A DNA stretch of 63,794 nucleotides, filler included, from Globobulimina sp. (taxonomy: Eukaryota), in assembly GCA_003354225.1 (NCBI GenBank). It is 56 parts of 56 records of this genome, joined end to end, with 100 filler letters (N's around TTAATTAATTAA, not from the genome) between each part and the next. Parts side by side here need not be neighbours in the genome. Positions count along the whole stretch, not along the records: positions 11,421 to 12,462 come from PIVH01025050.1; positions 12,563 to 13,604 come from PIVH01025051.1; positions 13,705 to 14,746 come from PIVH01025052.1; positions 14,847 to 15,888 come from PIVH01025053.1; positions 15,989 to 17,030 come from PIVH01025054.1; positions 17,131 to 18,171 come from PIVH01025055.1; positions 18,272 to 19,312 come from PIVH01025056.1; positions 19,413 to 20,453 come from PIVH01025057.1; 48 more parts are not named here. One strand, written 5' to 3'. Below are positions 11,986-24,058 of this stretch, in pieces (within the stretch, counting starts at the first letter, position 1; every line of letters begins with the position of its first letter). The translations under genes were made by a program, and so were the position numbers. The notes under the pieces were generated by a model. The model was not told the DNA's origin and did not search any database. It saw only the letters and a program-made list of their open reading frames with translations.

Positions 11986-12367
11986 TTTTATGAAGTTATT
12001 TGTGTTTTATTGGATTTTTGTTTTTTCTTTCCATTATTTTTATATATTATTATTATTATTTTTGTTTTTTCTTTCTTTTCATTATTAAAGTCTGAATTTG
12101 TGTATACGCCGTATATTTATATATATTTGTATAATGTATACGCCGTATATTTATATAATATATACTATACGGTCTTATTTGTATACTATACGCAGTAGAC
12201 GTGATTTTGCAAAAATAAATTGGAACTAATTCTTGATTTGCATAATACTGATACACAACAACTGTCTTTTCCTGAAACTGATGATGATGACTTATCCGAT
12301 GAAGAAAATGAATTATTGCTAAGGGAATGTTCTAGTATTACGTAATTGGAGTTGATACCTAGGACCT

Positions 12368-12459
12368 AGGTGTCGTTAATTGTAATAAATTGTAATAACT
12401 TGTTTTTGAAAGCTGGTCACTCCGATCTCAATTGTAATAAATTGTAATTGATGACACCT
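12368..12459. repeat. Small element with imperfect terminal inverted repeats and an internal direct repeat
   Basis: AGGTGTCGTTAATT...AATTGATGACACCT; AATTGTAATAAATTGTAAT occurs twice inside. Confidence 0.45.
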
Positions 12460-12564
12460 TAGNNNNNNNNNNNNNNNNNNNNNNNNNNNNNNNNNNNNNN
12501 NNNNNNTTAATTAATTAANNNNNNNNNNNNNNNNNNNNNNNNNNNNNNNNNNNNNNNNNNNNTT

Positions 12565-13604
12565 ATTGATTTCGGAGTTTCTTCCATTCTTTTAAACGAT
12601 ATCAATAATAATAAAAAACATGGGGATATTGGAAGCAACATAGCCTATATCTCTCCTGAACTGACAGGGAGAATGGATTGTTTTATCGATTTCCGCTCAG
12701 ATTTTTATTCTTTGGGCATTACTTTATATGAGTTGCTCACAGGTACACTGCCATTTGTTACCTCAGATCCCATGGAGATGGTTTATTCCCATTTTGCAAG
12801 GCTTCCATTAGAGGCTTATAAACACAATTCAAATATCCCCAGACCTATTTCAGATATTGTAATGAAGCTGTTAAAAAAAGATCCAGGTAACAGGTATCAA
12901 AATACGTTTTCCCTTATTAATGATCTGACTCAATGCCGTCATCTTTTAAGAACCAAAGGTAAAAATTTTAACCTTTCTGTCCATACCCCTCATTTTTCAA
13001 AAAAGGTAAAGACAGATGACCGGATATATGGCAGGGATAAAGAACTTGACAGGCTTTCCTCTCTGTTTAAAAAGGTATCCAATAGCCACAAAAAGATTGC
13101 CCTTGTTTCAGGTCAGGCCGGAATCGGAAAAACAGCCCTTGTAATGGAATTCTGCAAAAAAAATGTTTTAAACAAGAGTTATTTTATTTCCGGTAAATTT
13201 GACCAGGCTCAAAAGGATGTTCCCTATGGGGCGATTGTGGATGCTTTTTCCCAATTAATTGGCCAGGTGTTAATGGAAGAAGAATCCATTTTCAAGCAAT
13301 ACAAAAATAATCTTCAAACCAGCCTTGGCAATAACGGACAGCTCATGGTTGATTTGTTTCCAGAGCTGGAATATATCATAGGCCCCCAGGATCCTGTAGT
13401 GGAACTTCCCATTATTGAAGCGCAAAATCGGTTCAATTATGTATTTCAAAATTTTATTCGTGGGTTTATAAATTTAAAACATCCTATTATTTTGTTTCTG
13501 GATGATCTTCAATGGGTAGATGAGCCTTCTCTGAAATTTTTGAAAATGATTCTTTTATCGGATGATATTGAAAATGGTTTTTTTATTGGGGCATTCAGAG
13601 ACAA
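12565..13604 (+). CDS. Bacterial Ser/Thr kinase-AAA ATPase (COG3899-type) fragment
   Basis: IDFG, AYISPELTGRM..DFRSDFYSLG, IYGRDKEL, SGQAGIGKT, SGKFDQ, LFLDDLQWVD; intronless. Confidence 0.9.
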
Positions 13605-13704
13605 NNNNNNNNNNNNNNNNNNNNNNNNNNNNNNNNNNNNNNNNNNNNTTAATTAATTAANNNNNNNNNNNNNNNNNNNNNNNNNNNNNNNNNNNNNNNN
13701 NNNN

Positions 13705-14746
13705 GAAGAAGAGGCTGGTGTTATTATGGAAGAAGAAGAAGAAGAATCTGGTGATGTTATCGCACCGCCACAGCCACCAAACAACACAAACAACCACAAC
13801 AACTCAAACAGCACCACCACCAATCACAACAACACCAACACCATCACAGCACCAAAAAAGCCAATCAACGACAAAGACCGCGCACGAAGTCATCCAATCA
13901 CCACCAACACACAAGTTACGTAGTTGCATGCAATAATTATTTTGAATCGCCGCCGAACCAAACATAATACCAAATTGCTATAACTAGGCTGGTCCACGCT
14001 ATTTAAACATCCATTTAATGCCAGAATGGAACAACGGAGAGGTGCTCCAATGGCTAACCCATCGCTTTGGCCTTTGGGGCCAACAGTATGTTCCAGTATT
14101 TTCCAACAAAAAAATAGACGGTGCTCGACTCAGTCAATTGACTGAAAACGATCTAAAAACTGACTTCAAAGTCACCAAAGCATTGCATTTGGTCCGTATG
14201 TGCCGTGATATCACGGACTCAAAGCGCTCCCTCCAGCAAATCAACCAATTAATCACACCGTGCTACATCGACGGAGCTAATGCCGCGAGCAAATTGATGC
14301 GCTTTGGCCCCCGCGAAGTCTATGCATTTTCTACACGCATTCCATTGTTGAAAATGCATTCGCAGACCTTCTTGGACCGGAAAATTAATGGCCGCGTGTT
14401 ATTGGAATGCAACGACGTTCAGTTGGTGACTGCGATGAAAAACGAAAGCATTACGCTCGTGGACGCACACACCATTTTGGAGTACATTGAGCAAATCAAG
14501 AAAGAAGACAGCATCGTGGATAAGAATGCCATGTCGGAGAGCGCTTACTTACCAATTCAGGCTGTGTACGATGTATGGACTGAAATGTGCAAAATCAATG
14601 AAGTCCGGTTCAAATTATTACAGCAGCACATCCGTGATTATAGCAAACCGGCGCCGACATATGTTCCTCCACCGCAAGCACAGTCGCGTTACGGTTATGG
14701 CCAAGGGAGTGGCGCTCATTTAGCACGGGGTGCTCGGCTGGGCAGT
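13705..14746 (+). CDS. Tandem SAM-domain protein (partial), intron 13915-13987
   Basis: WNNGEVLQWL..FSNKKIDGARLSQLTENDLK and FLDRKINGRVLL; phase-0 GT-AG intron joins the two ORFs. Confidence 0.7.
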
Positions 14747-14846
14747 NNNNNNNNNNNNNNNNNNNNNNNNNNNNNNNNNNNNNNNNNNNNTTAATTAATT
14801 AANNNNNNNNNNNNNNNNNNNNNNNNNNNNNNNNNNNNNNNNNNNN

Positions 14847-15888
14847 TCGCAATACCTCTACAAACTTGAAAATGGAGTGCTTCAAGGCTCTGTCCTGAGC
14901 CCCATCCTCTTTGCCGCCTTCATAAACGATATGATCTCTGAGCTGCAGGACACTGGGAAAGGAGCCCTTTCGCCTGACCCAAACAACCCAATCTCCTGCA
15001 TTTTCTACGCCGACGATGTCATACTGCTCTCCAATACTATAGAAGGGCTGCGTGTGTACCTCATAACCATCTGCGAGAAGCATAGCAAACGATGGGCGTA
15101 CTCCTTCATCCCCAAAAAATGCAAAACCATCATATTCAATGATCCCTCAATTACCACCAATAATACTCATAACTATTCTGCAACACAAAAAGCAATATTA
15201 ACAAATGAATACTACCAACGTTTAAATAAAATAAACAATAAAAACCCGCCAATGCTCTTAATCCAACCATTGCAGAATGATAGAACAATGGCAATCGACA
15301 TTGATGGCCAAATAAACTCGTACCAAAATCATGACATTCCAAATGACATCCTGCAGAATTTCCGTGAGCACTGCCGATATTTCAAGAATAGCATCTCCAA
15401 TAAACCATTCCACATCATCTGGAATAGCATTATCATGGACCATAACTGGGCCATCTCAAGAATGCATCATCTCATCCGTCTTAATGGCTCACCCCTAAAA
15501 ATCGCCACGCATCTCCGTTATCTCGGTGCTCAACTGAGCTCGTACAATGACTCTAATCTCGTCTCCACAGTAAACACGAACGCCAACTTCCTCAATAAAT
15601 TTGACAACAAAGCAAGAATGCTGGCCAGCTCGACTTCAATCACGACTTTATCTCGTTGGCAGACAAAATACGTATTTTAAAAACTTTCTATTTGGTTTAC
15701 ACTGAGATTTTTACACAAGTCCTGGACTGCAACACAATAAACTTAGCAGCAGCCACTGAAAAGCAAATCAACGCCATCGCACGTAATACTGGTATAAAAA
15801 AGTTCATTTTCAAGCAGTTCTCCATCTTTGCCGGGGTCCCTTCCCCATTGGAGCGCTGGACAGTGCTCAAATTGGCGTTCTTTTGGAA
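14847..15888 (+). mobile_element. Non-LTR retrotransposon reverse transcriptase fragment, frameshifted near 15655
   Basis: GVLQGSVLSPILF, FYADD, KKCK, RYLG; thumb region KIRILKTF continues in another frame. Confidence 0.88.
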
Positions 15889-15989
15889 NNNNNNNNNNNN
15901 NNNNNNNNNNNNNNNNNNNNNNNNNNNNNNNNTTAATTAATTAANNNNNNNNNNNNNNNNNNNNNNNNNNNNNNNNNNNNNNNNNNNNT

Positions 15990-17030
15990 TTGGTTACCAG
16001 AGCGTATGCTGAAATACGTGAAGAATACCACCAATTTAAACAAACAGCATATAATGAATTATTACAAGAAACCACATCCATTCAAAGTGCGTATAAAGAG
16101 TTAAAAGCCGAACATGAGTTAGTCTCCACAGCGTATGTTGAAATACGTGAAGAATATCACCAACTTCAACAAACATCTTCGCAGCAAATTGAAACGATTG
16201 AAACGAGTCAAACTGCATTACACAAATTGAAAGTTGAACACGATTTAGTATCCAGAACGTATGCAGAAATGCGTGATGAATACAGTTTATTTAAACAAAC
16301 ATCCTCGCAACAAATTGCAACGAGGCAATCTGCATTAAATGAATTACAATCATCATTGGAACAAAGTGAAAGCGATTTAAAATCAGAAAAGCGTACTTCT
16401 GAACTTAATATCTCGCAGTTGACCGAAGAAAATGCCACGTTGTTACAACAATGTGTGACCAGTAGCAAATTAAATGAATCCTTGCAAACTGAGTACAATG
16501 AGCTGATGGATCAACGACTAAAATCTGATGATCATTGTCAAGAAAGTCAACTCAAACTGCAGCGTTTTGAACATTTATTATTTGATCGGATAGTAATTGG
16601 TTTATGTTATAAGAAACAGAGAGAGAATGCGCAGACAAATCTAACCATTCAACAATTAAAAATGTTAGAATTAAATGATGAGATTAAAGAATTAAGACAA
16701 AGCAGAGAAGAATCACAGACAAATCAAACTGGATTAATGTTGCAATGGATGCAGGCTAACGATGCCATTAATGAGTTACTTATGGAAAATAATAAATTAA
16801 CTGAAGATATTGAAGTAAAGAAAAAAAATAAGACTTGTAATGACCCAACGCATCAACAGAAGATATCCGCATTATACAGAAAATTTGATTTAATGTGCTT
16901 AAATATTGAAAAAGCACAAAGCGAATCTCTGCGATTTGTGGAGAAAGCGACATCTTTACGGGCCGATAATGTTAAATTAAAGAAAGAAAATCGAAAAATT
17001 GCAAAAGAATTAAAAATATTAAGATTGAAA
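15990..17030 (+). CDS. Long coiled-coil protein (partial)
   Basis: Open across the contig; E/Q/K/L heptads with a thrice-repeated LV..AY.EIREEYHQ-like unit. Confidence 0.7.
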
Positions 17031-17959
17031 NNNNNNNNNNNNNNNNNNNNNNNNNNNNNNNNNNNNNNNNNNNNTTAATTAATTAANNNNNNNNNNNNNN
17101 NNNNNNNNNNNNNNNNNNNNNNNNNNNNNNAAGCATCGATGTATATATCTATTGAATTTGTTGACGAAACGAGGTATGATTATCATTAAATATACATATG
17201 TACAGATGTACCGTTTAGAAAGTAAATGTTGTTATTGCTTGTGCTTTTATTGCTTTCCTGATACAACATTGCTTCGTTATAATGCGATGGGTATCCCCTA
17301 TAAAGATTATTGTAACTGTAGCCCGCCATTACTAATATAAGAAAGATGTTTCTAGCTAGAAAGTTGGCTGAAAACATCTTTTAAGAATTAAAAACGTACT
17401 GCTAAATTAGGGATGACCACACTGACTCTTTCGTCATTTTTCTAGACTTGTGTGTTGTTGTATTGTGTGTGTATTGTGTTAATCAGATAGGTTCTCAAAG
17501 GAAAGACTTCAATTCTTCGTTTTGACAAAGTTAGACCTGAACAGAATTTCGCTTTTTTATAGAGAATTTATATTCTATTTGTTTTATGAATAAATAAGAT
17601 ATTATGTTGCTTTGTGACCCACAGGAAGCTGTATAAACACTTTTTATAATATTAATCTGCAGTCAAGCTAGGCTGACATGGTCGTCGATCAGGTTCAGAT
17701 TATCGTATACAATACACATTGTATATTAATAATATTATGTAATGATAATTGATAAATTAATATTATGTAGCATGGCAATCTAAATTCTAAAGCATTACAT
17801 TTTGAATACTGTTTATTTGTATCACAGCCACCAACTATTATTATATGAATTCTATTCAATATTTTTGATATCTCCTATTTAATTTCATTTTCATTAATTA
17901 CAGAACCAATAAAAATGTTTTTGCTGCGCACATAACCACAACACATTGTTAATTTATTT

Positions 17960-18171
17960 TGGAACGGGGAGAAAAGCGCAGCGCTGCGAGCCATCGTCCT
18001 CGACCTCTCCCCGGTCTCGGACATGGACGCCTCGGCGGTCCACTTTTTGTCCTCGCTAGTCGCGCGGACGCGGGTGCGCGGCGTCGAGCTCGCGCTCGCC
18101 AACCCTTCGTGCCAGGTCGCGCGGCAGATGGCGCGGGCGAAGCTGGACAGCCGCTCGTACAGGCGCTCGAA
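17960..18171 (+). CDS. STAS domain of a SulP/SLC26 transporter, GC-rich foreign fragment
   Basis: LRAIVLDLSPVSDMDASAVHFL..RGVELALANPSCQV; abrupt AT-rich to GC-rich switch. Confidence 0.8.
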
Positions 18172-18273
18172 NNNNNNNNNNNNNNNNNNNNNNNNNNNNN
18201 NNNNNNNNNNNNNNNTTAATTAATTAANNNNNNNNNNNNNNNNNNNNNNNNNNNNNNNNNNNNNNNNNNNNAT

Positions 18274-18624
18274 GGTGATATTGTTGCAAATATCATGGGT
18301 AAAAAAAATGAGATAGTTTTGGAGGTTTCTAGTGACGATGATAATGCTTTATATATATCGAGTGATGGAGGAATGACGACAGCGGGGTTTGTTGATAAGA
18401 ACGCTGAAGACAGAGATGTCGATGAAATTTGTTTTGACAAAGACAAAGAGGTACAATGTGCACACGAATTGATGGTTAGTGGCATCGAAGAAAGATATAA
18501 AATTGAGATGGAAGAGGAAGGCGATAATATGGATGACAGTTTTGTTGATGTTAAAAGTGAATATTTACAAGAAGGCAAAAACGGATTGAATGAGAATAAA
18601 ACAAGTACAGTACAACGACTTTAG
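18274..18624 (+). CDS. Acidic hypothetical protein, C-terminal fragment
   Basis: Open from the contig edge, D/E-rich, followed by an AT-rich UTR-like tract. Confidence 0.5.
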   Translation, partial: GDIVANIMGKKNEIVLEVSSDDDNALYISSDGGMTTAGFVDKNAEDRDVDEICFDKDKEVQCAHELMVSGIEERYKIEMEEEGDNMDDSFVDVKSEYLQEGKNGLNENKTSTVQRL

Positions 18625-18920
18625 AATAGCACATATTGGAACACATTGTTTTTAAAAAATACAGTTTGTATTAGGGTTTTTGCTTTTAGTTCATTTCTTC
18701 AATGAACGCTTTGATAATTGAAGAAAAAAAAACTTTTGTAATCTTTCTGTAAATTAATAATGAATGAGCATGGCGACCAACCATAAGTCATTTATAGGTC
18801 ATGACCATCACCACAATTATCGATATCCAAGTCAGAAACATACAAAACAGAAAGAAATACATAATATCATAAAAGTATTAAATTGATTTTATAATTATAT
18901 AATTTGTTTTGTTTTTTTTT

Positions 18921-19028
18921 GAAATTTATGAATAAGAAAAACAATAATATCTGTGCAAGGATAGTCAGTTACGATCTGTGCAAGGATAAGAAATTTATGA
19001 ATAAGTGCAAGGATAGTCAGTTAAGATC
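18921..19028. repeat. Patchwork direct repeats (GTGCAAGGATA x3, GAAATTTATGAATAAG x2)
   Basis: Read directly from the sequence. Confidence 0.65.
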
Positions 19029-19130
19029 AGACAGTTAATTGTCAGATCAACAAAAATCAAACAAACAAAATAATATAATTAAGTCATCAAACAAACGAAA
19101 TTTCACTTTCTGTAAAGATATTTGTTTGTA

Positions 19131-19310
19131 TCTATTCACTCCGATACACAGCGCCGGGATACTTATCGGGTCCATTTAGTATGGCTTCCAACGCAATTCG
19201 ATGTTAAACTTTGTCACCATCTCCGCGAAAGTGAGCAACTTACAAACATCGCGAGGCACTCCCAACTCATCGAGATCTAAATTGGGATCTGGCGATATCA
19301 CCGTACGACC
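19131..19310 (-). pseudogene. RNA polymerase largest-subunit fragment, most like Pol III RPC1, frameshifted
   Basis: [38 protein letters not shown] then, in another frame, [14 protein letters not shown]; not in the ORF track. Confidence 0.8.
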
Positions 19311-19412
19311 ACNNNNNNNNNNNNNNNNNNNNNNNNNNNNNNNNNNNNNNNNNNNNTTAATTAATTAANNNNNNNNNNNNNNNNNNNNNNNNNNNNNNNN
19401 NNNNNNNNNNNN

Positions 19413-20156
19413 GACGATGAGGATGAAAAACAGGGCGCTGTGCAGGAGAAAGGTGCGCCAATATGGGATTTTGAGCAGACGTGTTTGATTGCAGCTGGTT
19501 ATAAGAGGGGCGTTGATTATTTTGGTCCGGTTGCGATAAATTTATATGAAAGTTCGAGAATGGTGAAGATATTTTATGAGGATTTGTTCGGGAAAATAAA
19601 GGGCGGAGATACGACGCGGTATAAGCGGTACATTGTGATCATTGATCGACGGAATCCAAAGGATATAAAGAATAAAAGAATGAGTGGTGGGAAAGGCAGG
19701 ATACATAATAAGCGTTGGGATGACAGGGCGTATTTAGTACATCCAAAACGATGGAATGAAATCTGCAAAGAGTATCAATCTGAATTGAATGAAATATTTA
19801 TGCAGAATTTGAAGGAGTTATTGCTTCCAATACCAATGAAACATGGATATGACGAAGACAGTCATGTGGATTTTGGTGCGCTGCAATCTGGAAATGGGTA
19901 TAAATTTGTGTTAAGTTTCCAAATTCATAACAGTGACAAAGTGAAAGCATATTGGTATTTGAATGCTGGATCGCAAAGGTTTTTTATGGAGGATATTGAG
20001 TGGTTATGGCGCAGATATTTTGGTAAAGAGAAGAATGGGAAATTTCAGCAATTATCGGAAAATACCAAACGCGGATTGCAAAGAGCTAAAACAAGACATC
20101 AATTATTGGATAAACAGTTTACAAGATATAGACAAGGCTATAAGTTATTAAATTAA
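19413..20156 (+). CDS. Hypothetical basic protein (5' partial)
   Basis: ~247-codon open frame with globular composition; no motif recognised. Confidence 0.55.
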   Translation, partial: DDEDEKQGAVQEKGAPIWDFEQTCLIAAGYKRGVDYFGPVAINLYESSRMVKIFYEDLFGKIKGGDTTRYKRYIVIIDRRNPKDIKNKRMSGGKGRIHNKRWDDRAYLVHPKRWNEICKEYQSELNEIFMQNLKELLLPIPMKHGYDEDSHVDFGALQSGNGYKFVLSFQIHNSDKVKAYWYLNAGSQRFFMEDIEWLWRRYFGKEKNGKFQQLSENTKRGLQRAKTRHQLLDKQFTRYRQGYKLLN

Positions 20157-20553
20157 ATGTTGTCTTGCTTAAAATAATCCGGTCGTATATACAAAGTTAA
20201 TTAATTGAATTAAAAACAAACACCGACATATATAGAGGCAGCAAAACAAATCACATGGCTGAAATGAATAACATAACGCCTCGAGATTGAAATACAACAA
20301 AAATGGAAGATGATATTATTAAAAATGCAATTGCAACAAACTGAAATTGCATTGGATACAGCCGCGCAATTTGTTTGTTCGCTTTCTTGTAGCATTGATT
20401 GTGAATAATTTTTCTTTAATATCTTTCTCAATTCCTCGTAATGTCCATCATTTNNNNNNNNNNNNNNNNNNNNNNNNNNNNNNNNNNNNNNNNNNNNTTA
20501 ATTAATTAANNNNNNNNNNNNNNNNNNNNNNNNNNNNNNNNNNNNNNNNNNNN

Positions 20554-21000
20554 ACCATTGTAGTTGTAGTCATAATTGGGTGTCGGTGTCGACGTCGACG
20601 TCGCTGTTAATATCTGTTGTGGTGCCACTGGCTGTTGTTGCTGTGGTTGGCTTGCATGAAAATGAAATGCGTTGCTGTTATTTTCAATTTTAGGCATAAG
20701 AACTGGCGCAGTTATTTTTTGAGTAACGAATGGGTTCGTCATTGGTGTATTCGGTGTATTCGTTGTATTCGTTGCATTCATTGTACATGAATTCATATTT
20801 GACACATTGCAATGTTGATACTCAGCATTACAATTCATATTATTATAGTTATTATGATATAGAAAATTATTATTATTCGATTGCATCCCATTCATGTTAT
20901 TCATGAATGGATGATGGTAACATGTGCATTGTGGATAATTATATGGAGTTATTTGGTGCATTTGGCAATTAATATTACCTAAATTCTGTTGATAATCCAT
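20554..21000 (-). CDS. N/Q-rich low-complexity protein fragment
   Basis: Open ORF with N/Q/P/T tracts. Confidence 0.55.
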
Positions 21001-21694
21001 GTGGTAAATCTGAAATATAGTTAATTTGTGGCACGGAGTGATTGTGCAGTGGCAGATATGGATTGATTACATACAATGAATTGTGAATTGGTATTTGTCC
21101 GAGATACTAAGAAATGGTTCCTATAAATTTGTATTGCTTTAATATATTATTTTAATCACTAGTCAAAGAGACAATGGAGCAGTCGATATACAAATCTGAA
21201 AAACAGACTAAATGTTAAACTTAACTGTAAAAAAAATTTAGTTCTCACTTCTATATTTTCCGAAACAGCAAAAACGTTTCTGAAATAATTGACGGATAAT
21301 ATTTTGGTATGTTGTTATCTCTGAAATGTACACAATATTTTTGGTATGTCATTATTAATAATATGGCAACGTCCATAAACCAAATACACCGAGTATGAAG
21401 AAGGAGCTGCAAAATATGGATTCCTACTAGAAACTTAGTGGAAACTTAGTGGAAATGGAAACTGATTCCTAACATCTAGTTACCGCTTTCACTTTGCGAT
21501 CAACATATGCAAAGTTTAGATATGGAAATATTATACCCCATGAGTTTATGAATGATATAAAGAAGCAGTATTTATACATGTTCGATTGTATGATNNNNNN
21601 NNNNNNNNNNNNNNNNNNNNNNNNNNNNNNNNNNNNNNTTAATTAATTAANNNNNNNNNNNNNNNNNNNNNNNNNNNNNNNNNNNNNNNNNNNN

Positions 21695-22735
21695 ATCCAG
21701 ATTATTCTCATTTGAGTCCAATAAACTATTTATTTTCGTTTGTTCGGCAGAAAAATCGGTATCCTCAAACAAACTTACTTTGGATCCACTATTTTCCTCA
21801 CAAATATCATTATCGTTCTTACCAACAAAACAAGTCACATTTTTTTGATACTTTTGCACAATCTGCGAATGAGTCACATTCCTATCACCAGACAGCAAAC
21901 TGTGTTGCGCCAATTTAGTTTGTGGAGACATATCATCACAATCCAGATATTTCTCATTATATTTCTCCAATGGATGTGTATCATTATCGGCGGACAACTT
22001 TTTTATATCAAAATGTTTCTCATTTTCAGGCAAATTCATAGTGCTCGCTTTCCATAACGGGGTATATTTATGTCTTTGTTTCCGAATCACAAATCTCTCA
22101 GAATCACAATTTAAATTTGAACATTCCGGTATCGATTCATTATACAATTTCCATTCTCTCTCATCATCATTCTTATTATTCTTATTCTTATTATTTATGG
22201 GCGATATACGTGATATATTTGCTATGTTATTTTCAAACCGTATAATTTCATTATCACTCATTTGTTTTGCATTATGTGTTGATTGTGCGTCTAATTCGGG
22301 CAATAAACCAAAAAAATTTGAATCGTCGATGACAGCCTCGCTTTCTGCAGTTTTTTGCAACGACAAACAAGATCTTTTACGGTGTTTTTGTTTGTTTTTA
22401 TGTGATATTTTCACCGGACTTTTATGCTGTTTTTCTATAGGACTTTTATACTGTTTTTGCTTCGGATTTATATGTAATGTTTCCACCGTATTTACGGATG
22501 TTTTTCTAGAAATTATAGTCAATTTCGCTGTTTTTTTCTTTTTTTGGACTGTTTTTTTCTGTTTTTTGTATTTATTAAATGGAGGCGATGCTGATTCGAT
22601 GCTGTCATAATTATCCTCCTCGAATGTTAACTGTTTTTTGATATTATTTACATTCTCATTGCCATTATTACCAATATTTGTACTTAATACACTGAAACAA
22701 TGTGGGTTTTTCTTGGAGCGTAACAGCGGTGGTTT
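21695..22735 (-). CDS. Low-complexity hypothetical protein (partial)
   Basis: Long K/N/S-rich open frame. Confidence 0.55.
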
Positions 22736-22835
22736 NNNNNNNNNNNNNNNNNNNNNNNNNNNNNNNNNNNNNNNNNNNNTTAATTAATTAANNNNNNNNN
22801 NNNNNNNNNNNNNNNNNNNNNNNNNNNNNNNNNNN

Positions 22836-23124
22836 AAACTTTTTTGAAAATATATTTAATATCAAAAGTGAATCGGTGAATCGATCCACTTTGAAACTTT
22901 TTTGAAATTATTTATTATTATTAAAAGTGAATCGGTGAATCGATTCACTTTGAAACTATTTTAATATCAAAAATATCAAAAGTGAATCGGTGAATCGATT
23001 CACTTTGGAACTTTTTTAATATCAAAAATATCAAAAGTGAATCGGTGAATCGATTCACTTCGAAACTATTTTAATATCAAAAATATCAAAGTGAATCGGT
23101 GAATCGATTCACTTTGGAACTATT
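22836..23124. repeat. Minisatellite, 5 copies, 55-59-bp period, palindromic core
   Basis: AAAGTGAATCG-GTGAAT-CGATTCACTTT followed by G(A/G)AAC at about 22864, 22923, 22978, 23033 and 23088. Confidence 0.92.
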
Positions 23125-24058
23125 TTTGTAATTATCCCTTATTTTCTGTCATAATTATGTCACAATCATCCATGCATTATCCATTAATATTCTATCATAA
23201 TCGTAATAAATAAATAAATATTAGCGAAGTACTAATTTTAAATAATTATTTTCAATTCACCGAAAAATGCCACAGAACTACCTTTCTCCAGCCCATCAGG
23301 AAAAGTTAACCTGTCGGCGTAGTGTAAAAATGGTATAATTAGATTCATAATTTCATAATTCAAAAAAGAATTGGTTCAACAAATGCAACTGCACTGATGA
23401 ACAATACTTTTTTGGAAAGCGGAGGAAATGTGTTGTGGGTTTAATTAAGACGTTCGCCAATAGTAAAAGAGGCAAACAATAAATAGTTACCATCCAAGTT
23501 TGTGCACATATGCACATAACCCGGGAAAAATTGTATAAAAAGAATAAAAAAAAGAAATATTTTGAACACAACAATCAAAAGCAAATAAATTAATAAGAGA
23601 TTGTATTGAGGAAAGTGTAACATACAATTTAAATAATTATTTCAAAATGTAAAATTTCCAGATATTTCCGGAATTTTTCTAATAAAAAATTGTCTATATT
23701 TTATATTAATATTATTCATCGAATTCACACTCCAAATGCATATCAATCCCAAGTTTTTAATAAATAAAATCACCTGGTTCTTCAAATAAACCCTCTTGAA
23801 TGTATATAATAATAACCATATATAGTAGGTGTGATAATAACGAACCATCCAAGATAAACTTTGTATGATATTGATANNNNNNNNNNNNNNNNNNNNNNNN
23901 NNNNNNNNNNNNNNNNNNNNTTAATTAATTAANNNNNNNNNNNNNNNNNNNNNNNNNNNNNNNNNNNNNNNNNNNNAATGACAAAAGTTTTTTTTTCTTC
24001 AATTATCAAAGCGTTCATTGAAGAAATGAACTAAAAGCAAAAACCCTACTCAACACAA

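Noticed and set aside
22041..22610. Long antisense ORFs (also 56060-56407, 62302-62654 and others)
   Set aside because: Shadows of low-complexity or real genes on the opposite strand; no independent motifs.
22864..23120. CRISPR array (palindromic ~34-bp repeat ending GAAAC)
   Set aside because: Linkers are short and three are nearly identical; no cas gene or leader; context is eukaryote-like.
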